A stretch of 53,777 bases of DNA from Trichinella spiralis. Its lineage: Eukaryota. Below, in pieces: positions 1-12,510 of this stretch (its first letter is position 1; each line of letters starts with the position of its first letter). The position numbers were made by a program, and so were the translations under genes. Below the pieces are notes generated by a model. The model saw only the letters and a list, made by a program, of their open reading frames with translations. It was not told where the DNA came from and did no database searches. The DNA lies in the NCBI RefSeq assembly GCF_000181795.1, contig NW_003526943.1, positions 1,366,487 to 1,420,263 on the forward strand, written 5' to 3'.

Positions 1-740
1 GAGTGAAATGCGCCAGCAAAATGAAAACGGCTACCTACCTCCCGTAGTCTGATGAGAAAGTTGTACTGCTAAACTGCAGTCTGTAGGAAATGCTGCAACG
101 TTACATCAAGAAAATTCTGAGTTTGGACCGGCATCTTCAAAAATAATGTTCACGTATTGTACCAGCTTTGAAAGCTCAAATAAAGGAGATACTTTTATCT
201 CTTCAGTTTAACATACCCTGCCAGTTACTTATGAACACCATCATCACAGCAAATGGCGGTTATTGCTTGCATGAACTTTCGTCTTGGCTTACGCGACCGT
301 AAGGGAGCAATTAACAGGGGAATACGAAAATATATATTTCGGTTAGCGAACGTTCGGGGAATATTTTCAAGAAAGGAATATGGTATTACTGCTCTTAAGC
401 TTAACGATCAAAAAAGGAGAGAACAGGAAATTCCACTATTTCTATTTAGCCGAAAATTATGTTGAAATACATGCACTGTTTAACTATATATAAATAATGT
501 ACTATGTTATTTGTTTATAATTTAAGATATTGAATTATAATAATCAACGTAATACTTTATCTACAAGGAAAATGTAGTTTGATCAAAATTTTTTTTACCA
601 AAATTAAGATTAATGAGAATGTTTTAAAATGTAGCAAGAAAGTGTGTCGTAAAAAATTCAAATATTACAAATGTACAAACAAATGGATAAGAAATTGTTA
701 TTTTACTTATTTATTGCTTTTATTGACAAATTCTAAACGA

Positions 741-813
741 GGGCCACTAGCTCAAATGGTAGAGCGCTCGCTTAGCATGCGAGAGGCACGGGGATCGATA
801 CCCCGGTGGTCCA
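741..813 (+). tRNA. tRNA-Ala, anticodon AGC
   Basis: Acceptor stem GGGCCAC/GTGGTCC with the G3:U70 Ala identity pair. D arm GCTC..GAGC, anticodon stem CTCGC/GCGAG with AGC at 774-776, T loop GGATCGATACC. TTTT Pol III terminator at 819-822. Confidence 0.97.
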
Positions 814-1877
814 ACCGCTTTTCAATTCTTTTTTCCATGTATAATTTAGCACATAACTGTTTTATTTAATAAAGATAAACTTAATCAACTAATTTTGTAG
901 ACATTTTCAACTAAAAATCTGAATAATTTTAGAGAACGTTGAAATAAAATCAGAAATACTTAACTGATACGCCTTTGCATTGAATTTAATAAGGATACTG
1001 ACGTAACATGATAATTAAATTAATTATAAATGTGTATTTTTAAATTTGAAGTTAACTTTGTTTTGTTTTGCTTCATTATTCTTCAAATGTAATATATAAA
1101 TTTATCATTACGACATGCTCTCTAAGCAAGTGTATAATTAAAATTATATTACTATATATTATAATTATATTAAATATATTATATTACTGGAAAACAATAT
1201 TTAGGAGAACATTGGAAAGCTTGTAAAATGATGAAAAACATCTCATATTCATACAGTTGTCATGTTTTTTGTATTTTACAAGATTCATTAATTAAAATTT
1301 GTATATTTCTTATTTTGATGGCACTTTCAACGATGCAACAGCCACTGCTCAATTAGTTGACTGTTTCCATGTGAAGTAATATTTTTTTAAGAACGTGACA
1401 GACAATTCGGAAAAAACAAATGAGACTAATGAACGTGGTGCTGACTGAATTGGAGCATCACTTGCCTACAGATGTGAACAATTACCATTTTTTTTTATTT
1501 TCAATAAACAATTTTACTATTCTAGAGAACAAATTCAACATTGGTATACATTTTTTGCTAACATGCTTTCAACGTTTTACTTATGCTTCATAATTGAAAT
1601 ATTGTATAATTTCTTTTTTGAATATTTAACCTTAAAAACGAATTTTTTATGATTAATTTGCCGATTCATTTTATTCAATTTTGTTTAATTTAATATATAC
1701 ATGTAGATATAGATATGTATGTATGTACTAAAGGAATGACTAAACCTGTTTCAAAATTCAATCCTTGAAGTTCCGTAACTTATTCTTAGAAAGTAGTTCA
1801 ATGATACAGTTCTAAATGTTTCTCTGTTAGTTTCTAGAACATCCTTGTTCAGTATGTGAAACATCTTCGTCACAGTC

Positions 1878-2373
1878 ATGCGTCTGATGTTGTTTATAGC
1901 ATTTTTTCTACAGGTCTACACATCTATTCAAGCATTTCCTATTGCAGATATTGCATCATTAATTGCGCTTGCAAAATTGAAAAGTAAAAATGTTATATTT
2001 TATACATTCCAAATGACTTCCCTTTATTATACGTAAAACTTATCTTTTAGATACAATCGGTGATCTCATTTCACCGCTCACAGGCGGAAATGGTAGAGGA
2101 ATACTTGGTGGAAATGTAGGTATGCCATTCGGAAATAGCGGCAGATTACTTGGTGGTGGTAACTATTATGGACCAAACAGTGGTGGTATATTAGAAAATC
2201 TCGGAAGCAGATTTCTTGGTGGAGGTGGTTTAATGAACGGTATGGAAGAACGACCATTAGTTGGTATGCTTAACAATTTACTGGGTGGCAGAAACCAAGG
2301 TCTGCTAGGTAGAAACAATTTCCGAAACAGAAACGGGTTTGATACACCAAAAGGATATGATTACTATGACTGA
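1878..2373 (+). CDS. Two-exon secreted Gly/Asn/Leu-rich low-complexity protein, 142 aa
   Basis: Exon 1878-1983 (MRLMLFIAFFLQVYTSIQA-FPIAD..., signal-peptide-like) splices GT..TTTTAG in phase to exon 2051-2373, which contains ORF 2122-2373. Repeated G-x-(L/I/F)LGG motifs. Confidence 0.8.
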
Positions 2374-3231
2374 AATATTTGAAAATACATGGTGCAATGA
2401 AACAGGCAATTCAATTATGAACGAATTCATTTATTTACTCGTATAATTATAATATAACCACAGTAAACATCGACATTATTTGAAACCAAAATTATTTTTC
2501 ATTTCACCGACTGCCAAATATTATTAAAAATTGATTATTATTACACTACGAAAAAATCAACTGGCTAACAATAACTCAAGAATTTCAAATAAACTTCATA
2601 TATCTTTTCAATAAATTTAAACTATTTACAATAATCTTCTAACAAATGACATAAATGTTTGAACTTACAATTTTAACTACATTTAAAGTAAAAATCATTA
2701 ATACAACGAATAAACATGTGCAAAGTGATCGTAATATTATTCAATGGTTCAACAAATTTAATTTATACATCGCATTTTCCTTGAGCTAAACAGTATAAAA
2801 TAATTAAAAAATTAAAAATATGGCAAAATAAGTAAAACAAATTTGAAAAATGTACTGACAAAAACCTGGCATTTTCAACAAAATTTGTTTCAGAGCCATT
2901 TTCTGTACTATAATTCGAATATATTTAAAATAATAAACTTAATAAATGGTTAACAGACAAAAAGAATTAATGAATGTTAAGCAATAATCGGCATCACTTC
3001 AAAATTTACACTACTAAAAAAATAACAACAATATTTTTCAGTAAAACTATTCAGCTTTTACTGCGAAATAAATAATCTTGCCATATCATGCAATACAACG
3101 CTGTAACTGAAGTAAGTGATGTTTTACAAACATTTACTTCAAGTTTTTCAAAAATTGTACAAAATGATGTGTATGGATGGACTCGATAATTAAAAGCTCT
3201 AATACAATTATTCCTATATTTCTTACATCAA

Positions 3232-4155
3232 TCATAAGAAGTAGTCTGGCGGAGGACGTTTCGGCGGTATTCCACGATTTTCATGTGGAGCTGCTTCAAA
3301 AATAGTAAATTCCTTTTGTAGATTTTCATCTAGTTCTAAAATCGCTGCTACGTTTCCACAGCGATAACAATAATTTGGCGCAGACCATACAGTCAAGACA
3401 GTGTCATTGAAATGCCACTTATATCCTTCCATTACTAGCTGATGAGCGCGACAAATCATGTCTACCGAATTTGCTTCGCAAAACTGCTGCACAACATCAC
3501 TGCCAAAGAGGAAGCCGGCACCTCGCGGAGAAACACCCCAGCCTTGAGTATCTTCCGGGTCGGACCATAATAAATCACACATTGGACCATCATGAGGCAC
3601 CTCTTGCTTTCGATCTATACCGCGAATTTGGTCCAGAGTCTGAATGCTGGGTGAAAGACCACCGTGAACACAAAAAATTTTGTTATCAATCACTGCCGAC
3701 AAACTGAGATAATCGAAGATTTCAGTGCAATAACGCCAAACTGCTGGAGTTCCATACTTCCGAAGACATTCGTCATAAAAGCCGTAAACTTGTGTAATCT
3801 GCCTACTCTCGTGGTTTCCTCGAATCAAATAAATACGATCAGGAAAGCGTACCTTCAAAGCTAACAATAACAAAAACGTTTCAACACTATAAAAACCACG
3901 GTCGACAAAATCGCCCAAAAAAAGATAGCTCGTATCCGGAACCTTGCCTCCAACTTTGAACAATTCTTTCAGATCGTAAAACTGCCCGTGAATATCGCCA
4001 CAGACGGTGACTGGAGCATCTATTTGCTGCACGTTGCTCTCTTCTGCCAGTATTTCCCTAGCTTTGGAACAAAGCTGTTTCACTTCATTTTCGCTAATCA
4101 GCTCACAATTGAACAGCTTTTCTATCTGAACATCGAGATCTGAAGAGTCACACAT
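3232..4155 (-). CDS. pph-4 (PPP4C): Serine/threonine protein phosphatase 4 catalytic subunit, 307 aa, intronless CDS
   Basis: PPP motifs GDIHG, GDFVDRG, RGNHE and [11 protein letters not shown], with C-terminal [21 protein letters not shown] and [15 protein letters not shown] are PP4-type. The ATG at 4155 (MCDSSDLD) is preferred to the TTG start given in the ORF track. Confidence 0.95.
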   Translation of the reverse strand: MCDSSDLDVQIEKLFNCELISENEVKQLCSKAREILAEESNVQQIDAPVTVCGDIHGQFYDLKELFKVGGKVPDTSYLFLGDFVDRGFYSVETFLLLLALKVRFPDRIYLIRGNHESRQITQVYGFYDECLRKYGTPAVWRYCTEIFDYLSLSAVIDNKIFCVHGGLSPSIQTLDQIRGIDRKQEVPHDGPMCDLLWSDPEDTQGWGVSPRGAGFLFGSDVVQQFCEANSVDMICRAHQLVMEGYKWHFNDTVLTVWSAPNYCYRCGNVAAILELDENLQKEFTIFEAAPHENRGIPPKRPPPDYFL

Positions 4156-5200
4156 ATGTAAACAACTAGAGTATTCGGTGATAAGATTAAAAAACAAAAA
4201 AGATAAATCAAATTAACTTTTCAATATACAATGCCACGTACAGTAATTTGAGAAAATGGTTTGAATAATTACGCAGTATACTGTAAAATAAAATTTTTTT
4301 TATTTAATATTTTTATTTTTTATTTTTTATTTTTATTTACTTATTTAAAAATTTTACACTTTGGTTATGCAAATAATTTATATTTCTTTCGTATTTAGGT
4401 GAATTGTTAACCGAATCATTAAATTTTCAGTGTCAAAAATAATCTTTTCACAAAATTGATTTTCATTTCTTAAACATTTCCTAAAATAATCATGGTCAGC
4501 TTATTAAAATATAAATGAGCACTCTGAAATTCTCCATCGAGAAATGCAAAGTGCAAAGAATGAACTGAAGTTATAAAACTTATTTCTAATGCAGTGAATT
4601 CTATGAAATGAATTTATTACTGTTATTTAAAAAATTTTTTTTATATAGCATAAAGACTAGTTATGAGACTTTTTTGGAATAAAGTAATCTTTTTAATTGA
4701 AACTTTAATAGTAGACATATTTGTACTTGAGCATTAAATGTTACAGACAGCATCTGTGTGCATTCATATTTATAGCATACGTTATTTTGGGACGTTAGCC
4801 TATTTTTTCATCGATGATTTAAGAGAAGGTTGTTTTCAATAGTAGTGCACATAGTACACTGGATAAATTTATTTGTTTCATCTATGCACTTTACCTGAGT
4901 TAAGGAAACGCCAAATACTAAACCTTTTGATGTAACTGTTTAAAGTAAAGTATAAATGCGACGTTAGGCAACTGATATAGTTGGAAATTGAAAAGTTTTA
5001 GCATTTCGAATATTCAACTAATGAATTCAACTCAGTGCATTTAATATTATTTTTAATTTCGAGCGTAGTAAGTTTTAACGTATTTAATACTGATTTCGTT
5101 TGCCGTGAAAATGCTTCGCATTTATTGTTATATTTAATTTGGATCTTATTTGTTAAACGTTATTATTGTGCTAAAAATTATTAATATTTCAGATTTATAA

Positions 5201-7844
5201 ATGTCATTACGGCCACAAGCATTAGACTTTGATTCTTTGTGGCATAAATTACGCCCTTGCGTGGAGCAAGTTATTGCTGTTCAGCCAGTTCCTCCATCCT
5301 TATGGAACGAAAGTTTCAGGCAAATTTTTTTTTTGATTAAATATGCTTTAATGATTCTTTAAATTATAAAAATTTGAAGAAGATAAATTTTTATAATTTA
5401 GCTTTGTTTACCAACTTTGTATAGCCGTCCCGGAAAGTCACACTATGCGTTTATACAAAGCAGTGCAGACGTGTCTACAAGCGCATGTGAAATTGTTATA
5501 CGATGTATGTTTTGCACTAATAACACTGTCAGTTTTGAGCTGAATGAGTTGCATTGAATTTGAAAATTGTTGTTAAGTAGCTTTGATGCATGATTTTTTT
5601 CTTGAAATTGAAATTTTAAGGAAATATCAAATTGCTGTGAAGACCACCTTTTGGAAAAATACTTTGAACGTTGGAGGAAGTATCATGCGGGTGCGAAATA
5701 TCTGGACAGACTGTTTCAGTAGGTTTTTTTTGTTTGAAAAGTATTATTGTGAGTAAATATCAAGTTTTTTTCTATTATTTTGTAGCTACTTGAATGCTCA
5801 GTATGTCAACAAATTAAAGATCACGGATTCTGATTTATTTTATGGTAGGTTGTTCAGAGAAGAGAATCAAGTAAATACGAAGTTTGTTGGTGAAGTAAGT
5901 TATTTAGATATTATAGAGTTGTTGTTTTTTAAATATTTTTTTATCGTTTTACTTACAAGTTGGCAATGGATGTATGGAACGAAAAGATGGTGCGCCCGTT
6001 GACAGATAGACTTGTTGCATTATTATTAAAAGAAATTAAAAGGTACATTTTTTAGAATGTTATGTGTTCAATTTAAAGATTGTAATAATTTTTTCTGTTT
6101 GTTTAAGTTTGATTTAAATGAAATTGCAATATTTTCACTGTTTTCTAACTTTATTTTAGTATGTGCGTTTATTATTTTATTTTTAGTTTATTTTAGTAAT
6201 TTAATTGCGCTGTTTTATCTTATTTGTAGATATCGAAACGGTGTGCCTGTGAACACGGATGTTCTGAGTGGTGTGATTCATTCTTTTAATGACAGTGAGA
6301 ATGACGACTCCGGCCCCGCTAGCGAAGCAAGTGATATTTGTTTTTTTTCGCAATGCTTATACTTTATAACTTTTCAGTTTTACATCCAAAAGTTTGAAAT
6401 CCCATTTTTGAAAGACACTTCTGAATATTATGTTGATATTGCAGTTAGAATGTTGGCCACTACCACACCGTCCGAATATATGCAATTTGTTGGCAAACTT
6501 TTTTGTAGTAGATTTGCGCACGTTGAGTGTTTTGGATTTTTAAGGTTTTGGAAAAAATAAGACAAGAAGAAGCACGATCCGAGAGAATTCTTCATCGTAG
6601 TGGCGTTGATAAAGTTCAACAAATATGTCAAGAAGTGCTTGTGAATAGGCATATGAGCATGTTTAAATCCGTTGCTAAGGAAATAGTGAGAGAAGAAAAT
6701 TTAGCGGGTATGCATCTAATTCACATTCGTATTATGTAATAATACATCATTCTTACGCAGTTTTGACATGCTTGAAACAGTATAATTAATACAAATCTTC
6801 TTTAAAACTATTTATATTTTAAAAGCGATTAAGTTAAAAGTTTTTTTAAGTAAAGAATATTTTTGTTTAATCGACAAGAAAGCATTCAGCTGTTTATGAT
6901 GATAATGATAATATATAGTAATCAGTGAAAAGTTTGTTCATTGTTGGATGTTGTTTGTTGCAGATTTGTCAAACATGTATGCTCTTTTGAGCGCCAAATC
7001 GAGCGATCTTAGTTTTCTTGTGAATGAATTCGAATCCTACGTCCGAGGTATTGGTCAGCACTGTATGCAGAACCTGCAAGGCGATGACGTTTGTTTTCTT
7101 TTTTTTAATTTTTATTTTTTCAAATTTAATTCGTTTGCTTTATAGTTTACATTACAGTTGCAGGTAGCACAGCAGTTTGTCGAAGAAATTTTGGCTGTTT
7201 TTGATAAATACGGTCAAATAGTTAAGAAAACTTTTAAAGGTGATCATGAATTTTCTGCAGCGTTGGATCGCGTAAGTATCTTTTCTGAGTTATATTAATT
7301 TCATTTTGTATTCAGTAATGTAATATGTTTTTTACGTTGTTTTGTAAATTAGCTTTGTATAATTGCTTGTCTAGTTTGTTTAATTTGGATCTTCTGGAAA
7401 TTTGATTGAATATAAAGATGCATTGACGAGATAATCAGCGTGATTATGAAATTGACATTTAAAATATGTTTCAGGCTTGTTTGGCTGTTATCAATCATCG
7501 AAATGGAAGCAAAGATCCCGCCAAAGCTGCAGAATGGGTAAGTTTACCTCTGTGAAAAAAATATATGCATCTGTGTCTGTGTGTGTTTGATTATGTTTGG
7601 ATAGAAAAGATAAATGATTCTTTTTCTTATTTAGTTATCGAAGCATATTGATCAAATACTTCGAAAATCTACGAAACCTATAGTGGAGAGTTATATAGAT
7701 TTCGAGGTTTGAATGACGCTTTGTGAAGATTGCTATTTTATTTATAATTATTTTTAGCTTACAAAAGCAATTAATATTCTTCGCTTTGTTGATGATAAAG
7801 ATTTATTTCACAAAGTGAGTGAGTGATTATATGACTTTTATTAT

Positions 7845-7910
<66 letters not shown>

Positions 7911-8290
7911 TTGTTTATATATTTATTTGTATTATATTATAATGTAAATATTATAATGTATTAGCATATTTTATTTTAACGCTTTGTTTTCATGTAAGTA
8001 TTATTCGCGTTCGCTGGCAAATCGACTTATCAGTGGCGTGTCAATTTCAATTCCTGCAGAAGAAACGATGATTCACAAATTGAAAGTATGTATTGCTTTG
8101 TTTTCTGTTTTTTTGAAATATTTTTTTGGTGGATATATTTATATATGAATTATTTTAGTCTTGTTGTGGATATGAGTTTATCTCGAAATTCAATTCCGAA
8201 AATGATAACTGATATCCCTATGAGCATTCATCTCACAATTAATTTTGTCAACTATTTGCAACAACGACCTCTGCTCTCTATAGTCCTCTG
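5201..8290 (+). CDS. cul-2: Cullin-2, ~15 exons traced; 3' part lost at a low-quality region and gap
   Basis: N-terminus MSLRPQALDFDSLWHKL..WNESFSFVYQLCIAVPE. Later motifs FYIQKFEIPFLKDTSEYY, FVDDKDLFHKYYSRSLANRLI, EETMIHKLKSCCGYEF. Approximate exons 5201-5319, 5402-5504, 5621-5718, 5786-5894, 5960-6042, 6230-6326, 6378-6488, 6545-6707, 6964-7088 and further to 8159-~8270. Confidence 0.9.
7853..7897. repeat. (TA)n microsatellite in a cul-2 intron
   Basis: Perfect TA run. Confidence 0.95.
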
Positions 8291-8489
8291 ATGGTGCTTC
8301 TACAAAATTGAGTATGAATTATCTATTCAACATATACTACTCATAAACTTTATAAGACCAATAATGAATTGACAATTCAGCATTTATAAATCCCTCAAAG
8401 AACCTACCCATGACTACATCTCTTTTCCCTTAAACACACTTATTATAATAATGTTCATCCATTAATTTTCTTAGGGGGAAGCCACCCTA

Positions 8490-8789
8490 TGAGACTATAT
8501 TTATATGCTTCGAACCCCTTGACCTGATACTAACAAGAATAACTATCCTAGGAGCATGTCTGAGACTAATTGCATCAATGAATTATACCCACACCACCCT
8601 CCAACTCCTCCTGACTAGGATGAACACTAATACAATCATAATAATCATCACACCTATTCTACTGAGGACGAGACACATACAAGACACACAACAGGCACAC
8701 TACTCAAACAACACTAAAACAAATATAAATTAGCATAACTCTATTCTTGACACTGAGCTTTCTCCTACATCACCATCCTCTGAATATCT
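8490..8789 (+). other. Mitochondrial cox3-like fragment (NUMT or chimeric read)
   Basis: In the invertebrate mitochondrial code, with frameshifts, it reads PWP-MLTSMTILGACLSLIASM, then YWGRD and ISMTLFLT, matching the cox3 N-terminal motifs SPWP, WWRD and GMxLFIxSE. C-rich, G-poor strand unlike its neighbours. Confidence 0.6.
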
Positions 8790-9291
8790 NNNNNNNNNNN
8801 NNNNNNNNNNNNNNNNNNNNNNNNNNNNNNNNNNNNNNNNNNNNNNNNNNNNNNNNNNNNNNNNNNNNNNNNNNNNNNNNNNNNNNNNNNNNNNNNNNNN
8901 NNNNNNNNNNNNNNNNNNNNNNNNNNNNNNNNNNNNNNNNNNNNNNNNNNNNNNNNNNNNNNNNNNNNTTTTTTGGAAAAACCCCCCCCCGGAGAAGCAC
9001 CCCCTTTTTTTTTTTGGGGGGGGGGGTTTTTTTTTTTTTAAAAAACGGAATGAAAAAAGGGGGGCCCCCCAAAAATTTTTTTTTTAAAAAAAAATTTCCC
9101 GGGAGGGGGGACCTCCCACCGCCCAAAAAAATTTGGAAAAAAAAAATTTCCTTTTTTTGGTCCGCCCCCTTTTTTAAAATTTCGAATCCCAAAAGGAATA
9201 TTTGACCAAGAAAGAAAAAATATTTCAGCTATCCAAGGAAAAGTTTGGATCAAGGGCCATTTGCAGGAATCATCGAAAAGCTTACGTCAAT

Positions 9292-9516
9292 AAATAGCGA
9301 GATTACGACTAATAAAATAGCGAGGACAACGACAATAAATGAACAGTGGGACCGAATGGGAACAAAATTGAGCCCAAGTGGGACCATCCTAAGGTTAAGG
9401 TGGTTTGAAATAGCGAGATTACGGACTAATAAAATAGCGAGGACAACGACCAATAAATGAACAGTGGGACCGAATGGGAACAAAATTGAGCCCAAGTGGG
9501 ACCATCCTAAGGTTAA
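9292..9516 (+). repeat. Tandem duplication (9292-9398, 9408-9516) of the terminal segment of dispersed repeat A, each copy ending CCTAAGG-TTAA
   Basis: Two near-identical ~107-109 bp copies. The same sequence occurs inverted at 23357-23460. Confidence 0.85.
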
Positions 9517-9879
9517 AATGTATAAGTTTATTTTTAAAATGCATAATGAGGTGTGCGCGAACAATGTGTTTGTTTTCTGTTTTGACTGATGACTTCTTCG
9601 ACGTCCGCACTAACACTTGTTATTTTTAGTTGCAAGATGTTAGATAATTGTAGTTCATTTCTAAATTTGCTTTAAATTCTATTCATTGCTGAAAATCCAA
9701 TTTCGCACAAGAAGTAGTAAAAGGAAGCAGCACTTTTAATGCGGCAGTGGAAGCAGTTGGATGTGTCTTTAAAATTAATAGTCAAAACTGTATTATGTTT
9801 TACGATCAAAGCTGACTATAAACGAAGAATCTTCAAACAACTCAATTAATTCTCCATTGCTTTTGTGGTTTTTAAAGCT

Positions 9880-10360
9880 GCTATAAACAATTGACTTTTG
9901 TCATATATTCAGCTGATAACAGTAACTCTTAAGCAAACGTCAAGAAGGTCTAAGAGCGCTGACAGACACTTATGAAGCATACCGTATTTATCTTTGGGGT
10001 TGGCACCCTATTTGACTAATCTACTCTATAAAATTTATAGAAGCTTTATCCCAGATTCCATAAAGCACACGAACATGGACCACATTCAAAAATAATCAAT
10101 GTGGTAACCTCAAAGCATTTTAACTACTACAAAGATTTGGAGCCTTTCAGTATAATCATCAAAAAAAGAGAGAGTGTTATGTGTCTACATATGTAGACAG
10201 GTGCAGGGAATATGAATAGTAAATATGAAACAATCCCTTAAAACTTCAAAGATCAAAGAAATTAGCTGTGGAGATAGAACAAAAATTTATTGAAAGTTTT
10301 GGAATGAATAAAGCTAATTATTTTTATTTAAATCACAGCTGTTCCAAACATCGTTCGTTT
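9880..10360 (-). mobile_element. Fragment of the 5' non-coding part of piggyBac family B (family of 51438-53128)
   Basis: Colinear similarity to 52600-53095, including the TGTCTACATATGTAGACA palindrome at 10182-10199. Confidence 0.8.
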
Positions 10361-10791
10361 ATTAGGGGTAAATCATCCTCAAGGAATCACGGTCTTTTGT
10401 ATGAGCTAAATGCAAAGTTTTTCATAATATGAATGAAAAAATAAGATAACGCAAATGTTTCATAAGCAGTTAGTTTCATTTGTCATAAACTTAATGAACT
10501 TCACTTAGACTGACGTATTGTGTTTGCATTATTAATTTACTCAAACATATTAAGCTAAAGCAAAATCTTTCTTATATGAAAAGCATTGCAATCTAAATAT
10601 TTTAAATAGGTAGGCAGTATTCAAGTAAATATGGCATAATTAGTAGAATTAAATAGTTGAATGTATATAAGTAGCAAGCACACTATTCTTTATAACAAAT
10701 GTCATTGCAAAATTTAATGTCAGGCACATTTTCATTTGTTTAAGTGCATTTTGCACTGAAATATGTATAATTTAGTTAAAACATTCCTTAA

Positions 10792-12318
10792 CCCTTTAAT
10801 GGTTGTTGACGTTAGGTACGTTGTTGGATTGTTGGGGTGTAACACACTCCCACTTTAGAAAAACACGTGTAGAAAACTGGAAGTATGTTCAATTTTTATG
10901 AAATTTGTTTTATTGGACAGTACGAAAAATGTTGTACATGATGGTATTAATGTATTTTCAATTTTGATAATTTTAAAGCCTTTTATTGGAAAAAAAATGC
11001 GACAAAATTTTCGTAAAAAATCGTCATTTTTCAGTTTTTTCTTCGTGTGGACTTAGTTTTGTAAATTTCGTGAAACAAATAAGAGAATTCAGTGTAGCGC
11101 GTTATTCTGCACATTTTGATGCCAAACTCAGGTCTATAGTTATTTTTTTGGTTCCAAAACGACTACGCTTTTCTAAGCCCTTTCTATAGTTTTAGCATAA
11201 ACATATGGAAAACTGTTAAGCAGGAAAGCTATATTCTACATTTTCTTTGATTTCAGTATGTATTATTTATTTATCTTTATGTATTTTAATTAAAATTGCA
11301 TTATTTAAAAAAATTTTAAGTCCTTTCTAGCTGAAATTCGGACAAAATTGGCGTAATAAATCTGTTGATCTACGTGTATTTGGACGTGCTATGATTATCA
11401 CAGCAATGCTCACAAAAGCTGTATGATGATCATTGCAACATGGCTTCCACCCTTTCTGCAGCAAGTTCTGACTTTTCGGTCTCTTTTTCTTACTTTATAG
11501 CCAATAGTTCTTTAGCCAATCGTATTCCTCGTGAAAAAATTATCCGTCCTTAGGTTTCTTCCTTTTCCACACCAACGTCCTACTAAGCGTTTCACCATAT
11601 CAGCTGCATCCATTGGTACTTCCTGGCATGGCTGTCTGCCGACGTACTTTTCTCCGGCCGAAGGATACGACGTTTCTGCATCACAGCATTAAATAAAATA
11701 TTTTTAAATCATATTTTCCAGGTTTGCATGGTATGCATTGACGGATCTACTTCGTCTGCGCATTGACACATGCTGCTGAACATCAGTCAAAAATGCAGAT
11801 GGTTTGTAAGGATTTTTCAAATTAGTTTAAAATACTGTCCAGAAATCTCGAAATGCGGACAGAATAATCCAAAAAAATGTGAAATATCGATTTCCTCATC
11901 AACACTTTTCCATATTAAAAATATAGAAAGAGCTTAGAAAAGCGTAGTTGTTTTGGAACCAAAAAAATGACTATAGAACTGAGTTTGGTATCAAAATGTG
12001 CAGAATAACGCGCTACACTGAAGTCTCTTATTTGTTTCACGAAATTTACAAAACTAAGTCCACATGAAGAAAAAACTGAAAAATGACGATTTTTTAACGA
12101 AAATTCTGTCACATTTTTTCCAATATAAGGCTTTAAAATTATCGAAATTGAAAATTCATTGATGCTATCATATATAACATTTTTTGTACTATCCAATAAA
12201 ACAAATTTCATTTAAATTGAACATACTTCCAGCATTTTACACGTGTTTTTTTTTAAGTGGGGTGTGTCACACCCCAACAATCCAACAACGTACCTAACGC
12301 CAACAGTCTATCAAAGGG
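10792..12318 (-). mobile_element. Non-autonomous piggyBac (family A) with ~450 bp terminal inverted repeats
   Basis: TTAA at 10788-10791 and 12319-12322, with CCCTTT...AAAGGG ends. 10792-~11245 is the inverted copy of ~11870-12318. Internal minus-strand transposase relics IRQCIPCKPGKYDLKIF, CCDAETSYP, DNFFT..LAKELL and a C-terminal Cys-rich stretch. Confidence 0.92.
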
Positions 12319-12510
12319 TTAAGATAGCACTGCTTTGTTATTTTAAGAATTATTCACTGATGTTAATAACAGAATCTTCAAATTTTTTAAATAGTTGATT
12401 TAATACATTTAGCTGTTTTGTCACTATATATAATATCATAATTATTTCTTATTTAATTTATATAAAAGCTGTTTTATTGGATTAACTCAGTTTTATTTAG
12501 AAAACCTATT

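Noticed and set aside
1..465. GC-richer stretch and 70-aa ORF at the window start
   Set aside because: No recognisable motif in any frame. It may be a repeat remnant but this cannot be supported.
579..869. 96-aa ORF
   Set aside because: Spurious; it overlaps the tRNA-Ala gene and AT-rich flank.
8969..9250. Homopolymer-rich ORFs (poly-K/F/G/P)
   Set aside because: Typical low-quality read-end sequence beside an N gap.
9292..9516. CRISPR-like repeat/spacer appearance
   Set aside because: Only two long copies, no unique spacers, no cas genes and a eukaryotic context.
10986..12211. Two similar ORFs on opposite strands (67 and 98 aa)
   Set aside because: By-products of the long terminal inverted repeats, not genes.
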